The notes below the pieces were generated by a model, which worked only from the letters and a program-made list of their open reading frames with translations, ran no database searches and was not told the origin of the DNA. The position numbers were made by a program, and so were the translations under genes. From IMG/VR virus record IMGVR_UViG_3300047476_002078, positions 248,001-312,000 of that record: a stretch of 64,000 bases of DNA. The stretch is one strand, 5' to 3'. Of this stretch, positions 28,034 to 36,488 are shown piece by piece (position 1 is the stretch's first letter; every line of letters begins with the position of its first letter).

Positions 28034-28395
28034 TGATTATAACAATTCTATCGAGAGATAAAATTTCTCAAAATATATTCAAAGAAAATATACTAGATAT
28101 AACTAATTTTGTTACCTTGGGAACGCATAGTAATCAAGACAGTAATACATTAAAAGAAAGAATAAATTTCGCTTTAGGTCAAAATAAAGACGTTTTAATT
28201 TTCCACGCATTAAAAAGATCATCTTTTGCTATTTCAAAAGACTGGAATCCTGAACCTGTTGCAGACTATCAAAAAGAGCTATACGAAATATCAGACCTTT
28301 TAATTTACACGCCTACCTTGTTTCAAAGCAGTTACGGTAAAACTTTAACCGTAATTAAAGGTGATTTATCACTATTGAAATTAAAAACGCCATAA
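28033..28395 (+). CDS. Hypothetical protein
   Basis: TAATG-coupled ORF. Confidence 0.55.
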   Translation: MIITILSRDKISQNIFKENILDITNFVTLGTHSNQDSNTLKERINFALGQNKDVLIFHALKRSSFAISKDWNPEPVADYQKELYEISDLLIYTPTLFQSSYGKTLTVIKGDLSLLKLKTP

Positions 28396-28396
28396 C

Positions 28397-28425
28397 TTGA
28401 CACCTTTCTAAGCAAATACTACGAT
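28397..28425 (+). promoter_or_regulatory. Near-consensus sigma70 promoter of the clpX operon
   Basis: TTGACA-17-TACGAT; box variants upstream at 28331 and 28346. Confidence 0.7.
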
Positions 28426-28453
28426 TTTCATCTCACATAACGGAGGTATCTTT

Positions 28454-28630
28454 ATGGAAGACCTATATGAGGTAAAAATTGAAGTCACTGTTCCAAAAAT
28501 TCTTAAAATTAAAGCTAAAGATGAGAACGAGGCTTTAGAAAAAGTACAGCAATTGTTAGAAGAGAAAAACATAGAGCGTACAAGAATTCAAGAAATGACT
28601 TGGAACAAAATAGAGGAAAAAAGTGAATAA
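28454..28630 (+). CDS. 58-aa protein missed by the ORF track
   Basis: GGAGG RBS; [32 protein letters not shown]...; overlaps the clpX start. Confidence 0.7.
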   Translation: MEDLYEVKIEVTVPKILKIKAKDENEALEKVQQLLEEKNIERTRIQEMTWNKIEEKSE

Positions 28631-29804
28631 GAACGCACAATCTTCTTGCTCTTTTTGTGGAAGCAAAACCCAATTGCTTGGGCTTTCTCCACAAATACTT
28701 ATATGTAAAAACTGTAGTGAGAAAATTTCCGGCTACTTTAAAGAAAATAATCAAGAAGAGGTCACATTCAATTTTGATCTGACTCCCCTTCAAATAAAAA
28801 CACATTTAGATGATTTTGTTATTGGTCAAGATCAAGCCAAGATAGAGTTAGCTACGGCAGTCTATTACCATTACAAAAGAATCAATGATAAAGATTCAGA
28901 AAATCTGGTAGAAAAAAGCAATATTCTTCTTTTGGGTCCGACTGGAGTGGGAAAGACTGCTCTATGTAAAGCATTAGCTAAATGCTTAAATGTGCCTTTT
29001 GCAATAGCGGATGCAACTAATCTTACTCAAGCAGGATACGTAGGTGATGATGTCGAAAATATACTTTATTACTTACTTCAAAATGCGGATGGAAGTGTAG
29101 CAAAAGCTGAAAAGGGTATAGTTTATATTGATGAAATAGACAAAATTGCGTCCAAAACTCAAAACGTGAGCCTTACAAGAGATGTTAGTGGTGAGGGAGT
29201 TCAACAAGCTTTACTTAAAATAATCGAAGGAACAATTGCAAAAATACCTCCAAAAGGAGGGAGAAAGCATCCAGACCAAGAATGTATTCAAATTAACACT
29301 GAAAATATTTTGTTTATAGTTGGAGGAGCTTTTGTAGGATTAACAGATATTATTGAGAGACGAACAAATAAAAAACGTATAGGTCTATCTAGTCAAACAT
29401 TTGACGATTTTGAAACTTTAAAAGATGTAACTCAAGAAGATTTAATATCTTATGGTTTTATTCCAGAATTTATCGGAAGATTGCCAAATATTGCAACGCT
29501 TCAAAATTTGACAGTGAGTGATTTAGTAAGCATAATCACCAAACCAAAAAATTGTATTTTATCGCAGTATAAAAAACAGTTCAACTACAATGGAGTTGAA
29601 TTAGAGATTACAGGCGAAGCTTTGAATAAAATCGCTGAAAGAGCCTTATCAAAGAATACAGGAGCAAGAGGTTTAAGGGCAGAGTTTGAGGTAGTTTTAA
29701 AAGATTATTTGTATGAAGCTCCAAATAAGACATTTGAAAAAGTAATAGTTGGAGATAATTTAGAAGTATGTGTAAAAAAAGAATATAAAGAAGCAGCGAA
29801 TTAA
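28623..29804 (+). CDS. clpX: ClpX AAA+ unfoldase
   Basis: CSFCG...[68 protein letters not shown]. Confidence 0.95.
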   Translation: MNKNAQSSCSFCGSKTQLLGLSPQILICKNCSEKISGYFKENNQEEVTFNFDLTPLQIKTHLDDFVIGQDQAKIELATAVYYHYKRINDKDSENLVEKSNILLLGPTGVGKTALCKALAKCLNVPFAIADATNLTQAGYVGDDVENILYYLLQNADGSVAKAEKGIVYIDEIDKIASKTQNVSLTRDVSGEGVQQALLKIIEGTIAKIPPKGGRKHPDQECIQINTENILFIVGGAFVGLTDIIERRTNKKRIGLSSQTFDDFETLKDVTQEDLISYGFIPEFIGRLPNIATLQNLTVSDLVSIITKPKNCILSQYKKQFNYNGVELEITGEALNKIAERALSKNTGARGLRAEFEVVLKDYLYEAPNKTFEKVIVGDNLEVCVKKEYKEAAN

Positions 29805-29815
29805 ACGGGGGATTA

Positions 29816-30304
29816 ATGCTACATAACGTGATGATGAATCTAGTGGTTATAAAAGAAGATAACCCCGGAAAATATTCAATTTTGCTTCATGATCCAGATG
29901 GACTCGGATGGAGACTCCCAAGTGGAGACGTTTTAGAAGTAGAGGATGAGGATGAACTTCCAGAACCTAACTCAATTTATTCTATTTCGTGTTTTCATCA
30001 CTTACAAAGTTTATGTAATTTAAGTCCTGAAGTTATAGAAGATTTTGATATTTTACCTTATTCCCACATACGGTCTTTTAGCCCAGAATTAGAAGTCCCA
30101 GAGTTAATCCTTGTTTACTGGGCGATTATAGATTCTGAAAAATTAGATTTAGTTTATGAACAGTTAAAATCCAAAAACGGTAATGCTCGATTTTTCCCTT
30201 ATATGGATGAAGCTGGAAACTGCACCTTACCTGAATTAAATATAATTGAAGATGAGCAGTCTATTATCGGTGTCATGAATAATTTTTATAAAAAGGTAAA
30301 TTAA
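29816..30304 (+). CDS. Degenerate Nudix-fold-like protein
   Basis: ILL......WRLPSG.V precedes the expected Nudix box, but REUxEE is absent. Confidence 0.35.
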   Translation: MLHNVMMNLVVIKEDNPGKYSILLHDPDGLGWRLPSGDVLEVEDEDELPEPNSIYSISCFHHLQSLCNLSPEVIEDFDILPYSHIRSFSPELEVPELILVYWAIIDSEKLDLVYEQLKSKNGNARFFPYMDEAGNCTLPELNIIEDEQSIIGVMNNFYKKVN

Positions 30305-30864
30305 TGCAACAAGGTATTGAAAAAGATTTAGAAGTTTCCTTAGAATGGACTCCTAATCCCAAGACTTTAAAATTAGTTGTAAATAAAACACTTTTAAGCA
30401 AAGGTATCAGTAATTCAAAAAGTTTACAAGAAGCTTCCGAAAAATCACCTTTGGCAGAAAAATTATTTTCTATTGATGGTGTTAAAGGTGTAATGATTGC
30501 AAAAGATTTTATTACTGTAACAATTGAAGGTTACGAAGTTTATGAAATTTACGACAGAATTAAATCTTGTATTATAGAAGTCATTAACTCAGGTTCCGAA
30601 TTAGTTTACGCATTTTTTAATAAAAAGGAACTTACTGGCATTGAACTTGAGATTGATACTATTTTACAAACTCATATCAAACCTGCGGTAGCAAAAGATG
30701 GAGGAGACATTAATTTTGAGAGCTTTGAAGACGGTGTGGTATATGTATCTCTTCACGGTTCTTGCAACGGTTGTCCTAGCTCTAAAATAACTTTAAAAAA
30801 CGGAGTCGAAACTCTTTTAAAAGAAAAAATACTCTCTGTTAAAGAAGTCGTATCTATAAGCTAA
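30304..30864 (+). CDS. nfuA: NfuA/NFU1 Fe-S cluster carrier
   Basis: TPNP.TLK, SPLAEKLF.IDGV, KDGGDI, GSCNGCPSS.ITLK.GVE. Confidence 0.92.
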   Translation: MQQGIEKDLEVSLEWTPNPKTLKLVVNKTLLSKGISNSKSLQEASEKSPLAEKLFSIDGVKGVMIAKDFITVTIEGYEVYEIYDRIKSCIIEVINSGSELVYAFFNKKELTGIELEIDTILQTHIKPAVAKDGGDINFESFEDGVVYVSLHGSCNGCPSSKITLKNGVETLLKEKILSVKEVVSIS

Positions 30865-31368
30865 ATGGCAAAATTAGAATTAGATCAAGTAGCTTTGTTA
30901 GATTTTAAAGAAATCATTCCTAATCTTTGTTTGCAATTAAAAACAAAAAGAAATGGTAAGTTATTATCTATTTTAAATTCAATAAAAATAGACGGGCATA
31001 AGTTTAAGTTTGTTTATAATGAAAACTCTTTTTATAAAATTTATGTTAAGTGCCCCAAGTGTAAAGAGCCTAAATTAAAACTCTACAAATTAGATGATGT
31101 TTATTGGTGTAGTTCCTGCCATAGAGTTGTTAAGAAGAAAAATAAAAGACGTTCAACAGTTTACTCCAAGTATGTCAGACCTTTAAAACTACTAAAAGAA
31201 ATCGAAGATGCTCTATTTACCGATAATATAACTGAAGGCAAGAGACGAAAATTGGAAATAAAAGCTGAAAAATTAAGAAAAATCATACCGATATATATCT
31301 ATGAACTAAGAGAAAAAGTCTTAAAAAGTATTCAGAAAGATAAAGATATTGGATTATCTGACAAATAA
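30865..31368 (+). CDS. Basic Zn-ribbon protein (possible DNA binder)
   Basis: CPKC.....KLY......CSSCH. Confidence 0.65.
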   Translation: MAKLELDQVALLDFKEIIPNLCLQLKTKRNGKLLSILNSIKIDGHKFKFVYNENSFYKIYVKCPKCKEPKLKLYKLDDVYWCSSCHRVVKKKNKRRSTVYSKYVRPLKLLKEIEDALFTDNITEGKRRKLEIKAEKLRKIIPIYIYELREKVLKSIQKDKDIGLSDK

Positions 31369-32411
31369 TTTAATAGGAAAAAGTTAATTCTTCTTCTATG
31401 TGACGACATCTGCATCACACTTTCAATCCATTCTTTATTATCAATAAGAGACTCAAAATCTCTATCCTTTATAATCCTTAATTTATTTTTAATTTGCTTA
31501 TCTCGAATGAGATTTTTAATACAGTCGTTTATGGTACTATTGTTTATATTTAAAAATTCGATATTGTATTTAGGTAAACTTCCGCTTAAAGGCATTGCTA
31601 AAATAATATTTCCGCTTATCCCACGATTAATATCTGATTCAAAAGTTTTAACATACAGTTCCGAAATGTGGTCTATTCCGTAAATTTCAATTATTTTATA
31701 AACATCTTCATCTGTGTCACAGTTAAATACTAATGGGTCAAAGATAAAAGGGTAAGATTTTTTAAACATTTCTCTCAGAGATTCTTTTTCTGATTTAAAA
31801 AGTTTTTCGTGTGGATAAGTGATGAAAAAGTTTTTAATTTCTCTCAGCATTTCTTTCATTTCTTTTAACGCTATTTTTTCGATGTCTTTTATCAAAGATT
31901 GATAAGTTTTGGGTTTTTTAAAAAACTTATAGTCGCCGTAACGAATTTCAAAAGGAAGAAATTCTACCATCTCTTCCTTAATTAAATTATTGTCTGCTAT
32001 CTGGTAAATAACCTCAAATTCTTGCTTACTGAATTCTATGTTGATATTTTCAATTAAGAATAGTTTATCAAATGTTAAGTCACATATTTTGTAAATTATT
32101 TCCTTATTTTGGTTAGGGTAAAGGCTTTTAAAGAAAGAAACGATTAAGTATTTAAAGTCTTTTATTTCGCAATATATGACAGACGGTCTATCACTATGAT
32201 AGCAAAAAAAATCATTAAAAAATAACTCAAGACTCGAATTATAATTGCTTGATATTAGCGTATGTAGATTTGAAGACTTTGAGATATATCTTGAATTTTG
32301 ATCTAATGTTATTTTAGTTGATAGTATTATTGCATCTGAGAATAATAAATGTTGTTTACTAAAATTTGTATCCAAATCTAAATATTTGTTTTTAAATAAT
32401 TGAAAAATCAT
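31332..32411 (-). CDS. Uncharacterised paralog family member C
   Basis: IYCEIKDF..LI.SFFKSLYP and LPFEIRYGDY. Confidence 0.75.
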   Translation of the reverse strand: MIFQLFKNKYLDLDTNFSKQHLLFSDAIILSTKITLDQNSRYISKSSNLHTLISSNYNSSLELFFNDFFCYHSDRPSVIYCEIKDFKYLIVSFFKSLYPNQNKEIIYKICDLTFDKLFLIENINIEFSKQEFEVIYQIADNNLIKEEMVEFLPFEIRYGDYKFFKKPKTYQSLIKDIEKIALKEMKEMLREIKNFFITYPHEKLFKSEKESLREMFKKSYPFIFDPLVFNCDTDEDVYKIIEIYGIDHISELYVKTFESDINRGISGNIILAMPLSGSLPKYNIEFLNINNSTINDCIKNLIRDKQIKNKLRIIKDRDFESLIDNKEWIESVMQMSSHRRRINFFLLNYLSDNPISLSF

Positions 32412-32944
32412 GAATCGTACTTATCCAATTTTGGATACCTTGGTAGTAGCATAGTTAAGAACTCTTTATCTTCTTTAAAATTAGGGGACTTGATTGCGAC
32501 AAACTTTTTATATCTAAGAATAGTGAATCCTAAATTATCTTTTGAAAAAGACTGTCTTCCTAAAAAATAATTATAAACTTCTACAGAATCGGGAATATTA
32601 AAACATTTAGCTTTTACATAAAAATTTTCTAGTCCTTCTGAACACAAAAAGCTTGTGAGGTATGAAGAACTTAAAGAAGAGATTGCTTGGATATTTCCGT
32701 CTAGCCACTGTTGAGTGTTAGGCTTCCAAAAGTCGCAGAATAAAAAACTAACTTCATTTCCTTGAGTAAAACCCATCTGAAGGTTTGGAACAAAATTAGC
32801 AAAATTAACTAGAGAATTGAGATGTTTTTCAAGATCGACGTTTGGGTAAATTTTCATTCTTAATATAGCGTAACATCTTCTAGCCAAATAAAAATCTGAT
32901 CTACCTTCGTACTGCTCTTTCATTCTTTTATTCAAATCTTTCAT
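32408..32944 (-). CDS. Thg1-like (tRNAHis guanylyltransferase) homolog lacking catalytic Asp residues
   Basis: L..RMK.YE....YL.RR...I.R, GFTQGNEVS, W..GNIQ..S, FNIP...EV.NYF..RQ; RxDG is RMKI and SDE is GNE. Confidence 0.7.
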   Translation of the reverse strand: MKDLNKRMKEQYEGRSDFYLARRCYAILRMKIYPNVDLEKHLNSLVNFANFVPNLQMGFTQGNEVSFLFCDFWKPNTQQWLDGNIQAISSLSSSYLTSFLCSEGLENFYVKAKCFNIPDSVEVYNYFLGRQSFSKDNLGFTILRYKKFVAIKSPNFKEDKEFLTMLLPRYPKLDKYDS

Positions 32945-32973
32945 ATAAACCTTTTACGGTATATAATTGTAGC

Positions 32974-33597
32974 ATGGTATTAGATTTACATTCACTGTTT
33001 TCTAAGGGATTTGCTGTAACAAAAGTAGATAACGTAGATTATTTGTTACATAGCATTAAAAATGATGTTTTCGACGATCATTCTGGCATATATTCAAATA
33101 ACGCTCCGCCAAAAGTAGTCGATTGGTCTTACACAGAAAAAGTTCCAGACCTTGTTAAAAATTTTTGGAGCAATTTAGCGTTAGATTCTTATTTTAATCT
33201 GTTTCGTTTAAATTATGGTGATTTCACCCATCTAAAAATGAGTGCTCACAAATATGAAAAGAACCATGAATTGCTTTGGCATCACGATTTTCATGAGGCT
33301 TGCCCAATAAATAATATTTTATATTTATCTGATACTGAAGTTTCAGAAGACCATGGCTCTTTACTTAAAATAGGAAAGTGGAAAATAGATAGAAACGGTT
33401 GGGGTAAGTCCCATGAAGTTGAAATTTTAGACACTATAATTCCATATCACGGTACTTTGGTAACTTTAATGAACTTTAATCCTATCTTTTGTCATTCAGT
33501 AACGCCTTTTTTAGGAAATTATGGAAGGTATTCGTTAATTTGTAGAATGGGTTACACGGAAAATATAGAAAACAGTAAGATTTCAAAATTCATGTAA
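32974..33597 (+). CDS. 2OG-Fe(II) oxygenase (paralog of 18145 and 18807)
   Basis: WHHD...ILYL...PYHGTLV..MNFNPIF.HSV...RYSL. Confidence 0.85.
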   Translation: MVLDLHSLFSKGFAVTKVDNVDYLLHSIKNDVFDDHSGIYSNNAPPKVVDWSYTEKVPDLVKNFWSNLALDSYFNLFRLNYGDFTHLKMSAHKYEKNHELLWHHDFHEACPINNILYLSDTEVSEDHGSLLKIGKWKIDRNGWGKSHEVEILDTIIPYHGTLVTLMNFNPIFCHSVTPFLGNYGRYSLICRMGYTENIENSKISKFM

Positions 33598-33849
33598 TTC
33601 AATACATAGTATTTTTGAGTTTGATATTGATAATATTTCAACTTCTGACAAGCTAGTGTATTGTGAGATGTCTCCGCACCCTTCCGTGAGTATTTGGTTA
33701 TCGAAAAGAATCGAACCGCTTTGCAAATAATATGTCTCTTTTTTAATGTTTAATTTTATGGATTTACCTTGTAAAATATCAATTATTCTAGTTGTGCATT
33801 GATTGGTTTTATCAACAATTGTTTCTAATCCCCATTCATGTTTATTCAT
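33583..33849 (-). CDS. Degenerate cupin (MPI-like)
   Basis: K.EWG.E....I.I..GK.....KKETYYLQSG; metal-binding His absent. Confidence 0.45.
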   Translation of the reverse strand: MNKHEWGLETIVDKTNQCTTRIIDILQGKSIKLNIKKETYYLQSGSILFDNQILTEGCGDISQYTSLSEVEILSISNSKILCIELHEF

Positions 33850-33885
33850 AAAACCTCTACTAAATGTTTAATATAATATAGTTAT

Positions 33886-34179
33886 ATGAAAAAATATGCG
33901 ATAGCTTTAAAAATAGCTGAATTAACTCTCAAAGATATAGTTTATCAGGTTGGAGAGTTAAACCCTTCTTTACACCAAAGAAAAACAGAACAATCTGACC
34001 CAAAAGAAATCATTATGCAGTTAGAAAAAATGCAAAAATGGTTGGAAAACGAAGGTCAAAATATGTCTGAGCTTGTTAATAAAGACATTTTGCCAGAGCA
34101 TCATAAATACCCAGAAATAAGGGGCTTGGTAAAATACTTAGTTGAAGATTCAACCAAACCAAAAAAGGTGATTTACTAA
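33886..34179 (+). CDS. Hypothetical, possibly head-associated protein
   Basis: N-terminal KKYA/LKIA motif as in the head cluster. Confidence 0.55.
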   Translation: MKKYAIALKIAELTLKDIVYQVGELNPSLHQRKTEQSDPKEIIMQLEKMQKWLENEGQNMSELVNKDILPEHHKYPEIRGLVKYLVEDSTKPKKVIY

Positions 34180-34739
34180 TGGCACTTTCAAACTTAATAC
34201 AACGTGACGTATATTTTCTTAAAAAGGGTGACACTATAACAGTATTAGTTAATGAAGAACTAGCTGAAAACGGATGGGCTGGAGGTCATTACTTTTCTTA
34301 TACTGACTCAATAGTTGTCGATGGTCATGTAGTGCCTGTTGTAAGAAGAGGAAACGGCATCCAAAGAGGTCCGTTTGCAATGTATGGTTCCGATGAGCCT
34401 GAAGATAAATCAATGTCTTATACAGGTCAGCATTTGAAGTATAAATATGCTCAAACAGTATATGGCAATACGCATTTCTTAACACGTATTTTTGAGACTA
34501 ATTCTTATTTTGATAGGACTGGGTTAGACACTCTTACTGACTATCATTCAGTTTCACACGACGTATTAAACCCGACATCTTTTTCATTGCAATATAAGGC
34601 AGGAAACCCTTTATACATTTCAGAAAGAGGTTTTTTAACCACTGAAAAAATAACAGAGGCGAATGAAGTAGTAGCTTATATTTTTCAAGAACCTAAAGAA
34701 GAAAATTCATTGTTTTTAGGCGTAGCTAATATTTCTTAA
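34179..34739 (+). CDS. Putative head decoration protein (third paralog)
   Basis: IFET...GNPLYISERGFLTT resembles IFET...GDKLYSSQNGLLTT of 53526..54056. Confidence 0.55.
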   Translation: MALSNLIQRDVYFLKKGDTITVLVNEELAENGWAGGHYFSYTDSIVVDGHVVPVVRRGNGIQRGPFAMYGSDEPEDKSMSYTGQHLKYKYAQTVYGNTHFLTRIFETNSYFDRTGLDTLTDYHSVSHDVLNPTSFSLQYKAGNPLYISERGFLTTEKITEANEVVAYIFQEPKEENSLFLGVANIS

Positions 34740-36121
34740 TAAACAATATCTTCAAAAGTAACTGTTCTTCCCTTTTCTAAAGGGTAGTTTCTATTTGTTG
34801 GTTTATCCGCTGTAATTATAGGGGAAGAATTACCAACTCTCTCAGATCGAGAGTTCCAAGGGTCTATAGGTGACTCAACAGATTGATTAAGATTTGTATT
34901 GTTACCTTCTATTCCAACTGAATAAACAATGTCTCCTGCGTCTAATTGTTGCAGAGTAAACATTTGCTGAAATATTGCACCTCTTTGACCAACATAATTT
35001 ATACTACCTACAGAAAATCTTTCTCCTGAAGGTCTAACAATTATATCTCTCTTATTCAACATAGGTGAAGGACCTGTCCAAGTCTCCCAAGTGTAATTAA
35101 CTCTAATACCGATCTCAGTTAATTCTACATTTTTTTCAGCGTCAGGAGGGGCAATAATTACATCGAAAGGACCTTCATATCCACCAACTATGTTAGTACC
35201 GTAACAAATGGGGCAATCTGAAGGAGAATTTTGGTGAACGTCAGAAAAATCATCACAAAGTTGACCATTCCATTTTCTGATAAAAACTTTAACTCTTTCT
35301 CCGCCTTGTTCAAGAATCCAACGGTTTCTTCTTACAGCTTCCTTCCACATCCAATCCGTTTTTTCTTGTTCGTGTAAATTTACAGATTTGCAGAATTCCA
35401 ATTCAGATTCTACTAGCTGACCTTGCGAATTTATCCCTACCGTGGTCAATTTATAAAAAATTCTATTGTGAAGATTCGCTCTTATTCTATTACTGTTTAT
35501 GTAATAGCTGACAGTTAAAGCTCCTGCATTATTTAACGGTAATCTTGGAGGGATTAATTTTTCTGTAGCTGGGTCTAATATTTGCTGGCTGATTAGAGTT
35601 ATCTCTCCAGTTAATGCTGATATTTTATGTATCGGAACCTCTAACAACCCGTTCCCATCTCCGTTATCAACTCTAACAATCACGTCTTTTATTTCAGCTA
35701 GATTGCCTTCATAAAGAGACTTTCCTTGATCTTCTATATTTTTCACAATTGGGAAAAATTTGGTCTTAAAACGCCACTCTTTTTGAGGATTGATGCCTCT
35801 TTCTAAATTTTGAACTTCTTCATTAGTTATAAGGCTATTTGTGGTTTTATCACGATACACTCCGCTACTTAAAGGTTCTGAATTAACCTTGTGGTACGGA
35901 CCTGCTTCAGAATCAAAACTTCTATATAAATTAACTCCAAGGATGGAAAAAGCAGTATTTTCGGGAAGTATGCTAGGGTTGTCCCATCTAACGTCTAATA
36001 CTCCGTTTAAATAAGGTGAAATCACAAAAACATTAATTGGAGGCTTTGGTAATAACGAGGAAGGCTTCCTTTCCGGAATTTCAAATGGTTTATTAGTTTG
36101 GTAAACTTGGTTGAATTTCAT
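34736..36121 (-). CDS. Putative neck/head-closure protein with an FN3-like N-terminus
   Basis: P.PP.NV...V.W......GVNLYRS; GGERVKVFIRK..G..C.....CPICYGT..VGGY. Confidence 0.5.
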   Translation of the reverse strand: MKFNQVYQTNKPFEIPERKPSSLLPKPPINVFVISPYLNGVLDVRWDNPSILPENTAFSILGVNLYRSFDSEAGPYHKVNSEPLSSGVYRDKTTNSLITNEEVQNLERGINPQKEWRFKTKFFPIVKNIEDQGKSLYEGNLAEIKDVIVRVDNGDGNGLLEVPIHKISALTGEITLISQQILDPATEKLIPPRLPLNNAGALTVSYYINSNRIRANLHNRIFYKLTTVGINSQGQLVESELEFCKSVNLHEQEKTDWMWKEAVRRNRWILEQGGERVKVFIRKWNGQLCDDFSDVHQNSPSDCPICYGTNIVGGYEGPFDVIIAPPDAEKNVELTEIGIRVNYTWETWTGPSPMLNKRDIIVRPSGERFSVGSINYVGQRGAIFQQMFTLQQLDAGDIVYSVGIEGNNTNLNQSVESPIDPWNSRSERVGNSSPIITADKPTNRNYPLEKGRTVTFEDIVY

Positions 36122-36461
36122 TTTTCTCTAACTTTTCAATGTGTTCATGACACTCAAAAATTTTATCAATCAGATATTGTTTTATTTCAGTTATTTCTTT
36201 TTCACTTGCAAATAAATTAGAAACTTCATCTTCAAAAACATACTCTTTATAAAAGAAACCAATTTGAGAATTAGCGAAGAGTCCATATATCTTATCGCCG
36301 TCAATAACCTCACACTTAATGAAAACTCCGCAATCACATTTCTGATATTTTCTTAGATTACTAAAATCAATAGGTTTTCTATGATCTTTATGAAAATAAA
36401 CGCCTAATTTAAAAAATGCCGAACTAATAAATATAAACAGCCTCGATAAAATATTTTTCAT
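36093..36461 (-). CDS. Hypothetical protein
   Basis: 122 aa, in a minus-strand operon. Confidence 0.55.
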   Translation of the reverse strand: MKNILSRLFIFISSAFFKLGVYFHKDHRKPIDFSNLRKYQKCDCGVFIKCEVIDGDKIYGLFANSQIGFFYKEYVFEDEVSNLFASEKEITEIKQYLIDKIFECHEHIEKLEKNEIQPSLPN

Positions 36462-36488
36462 TTATAACCCTTAATTATTATCGAGAAA

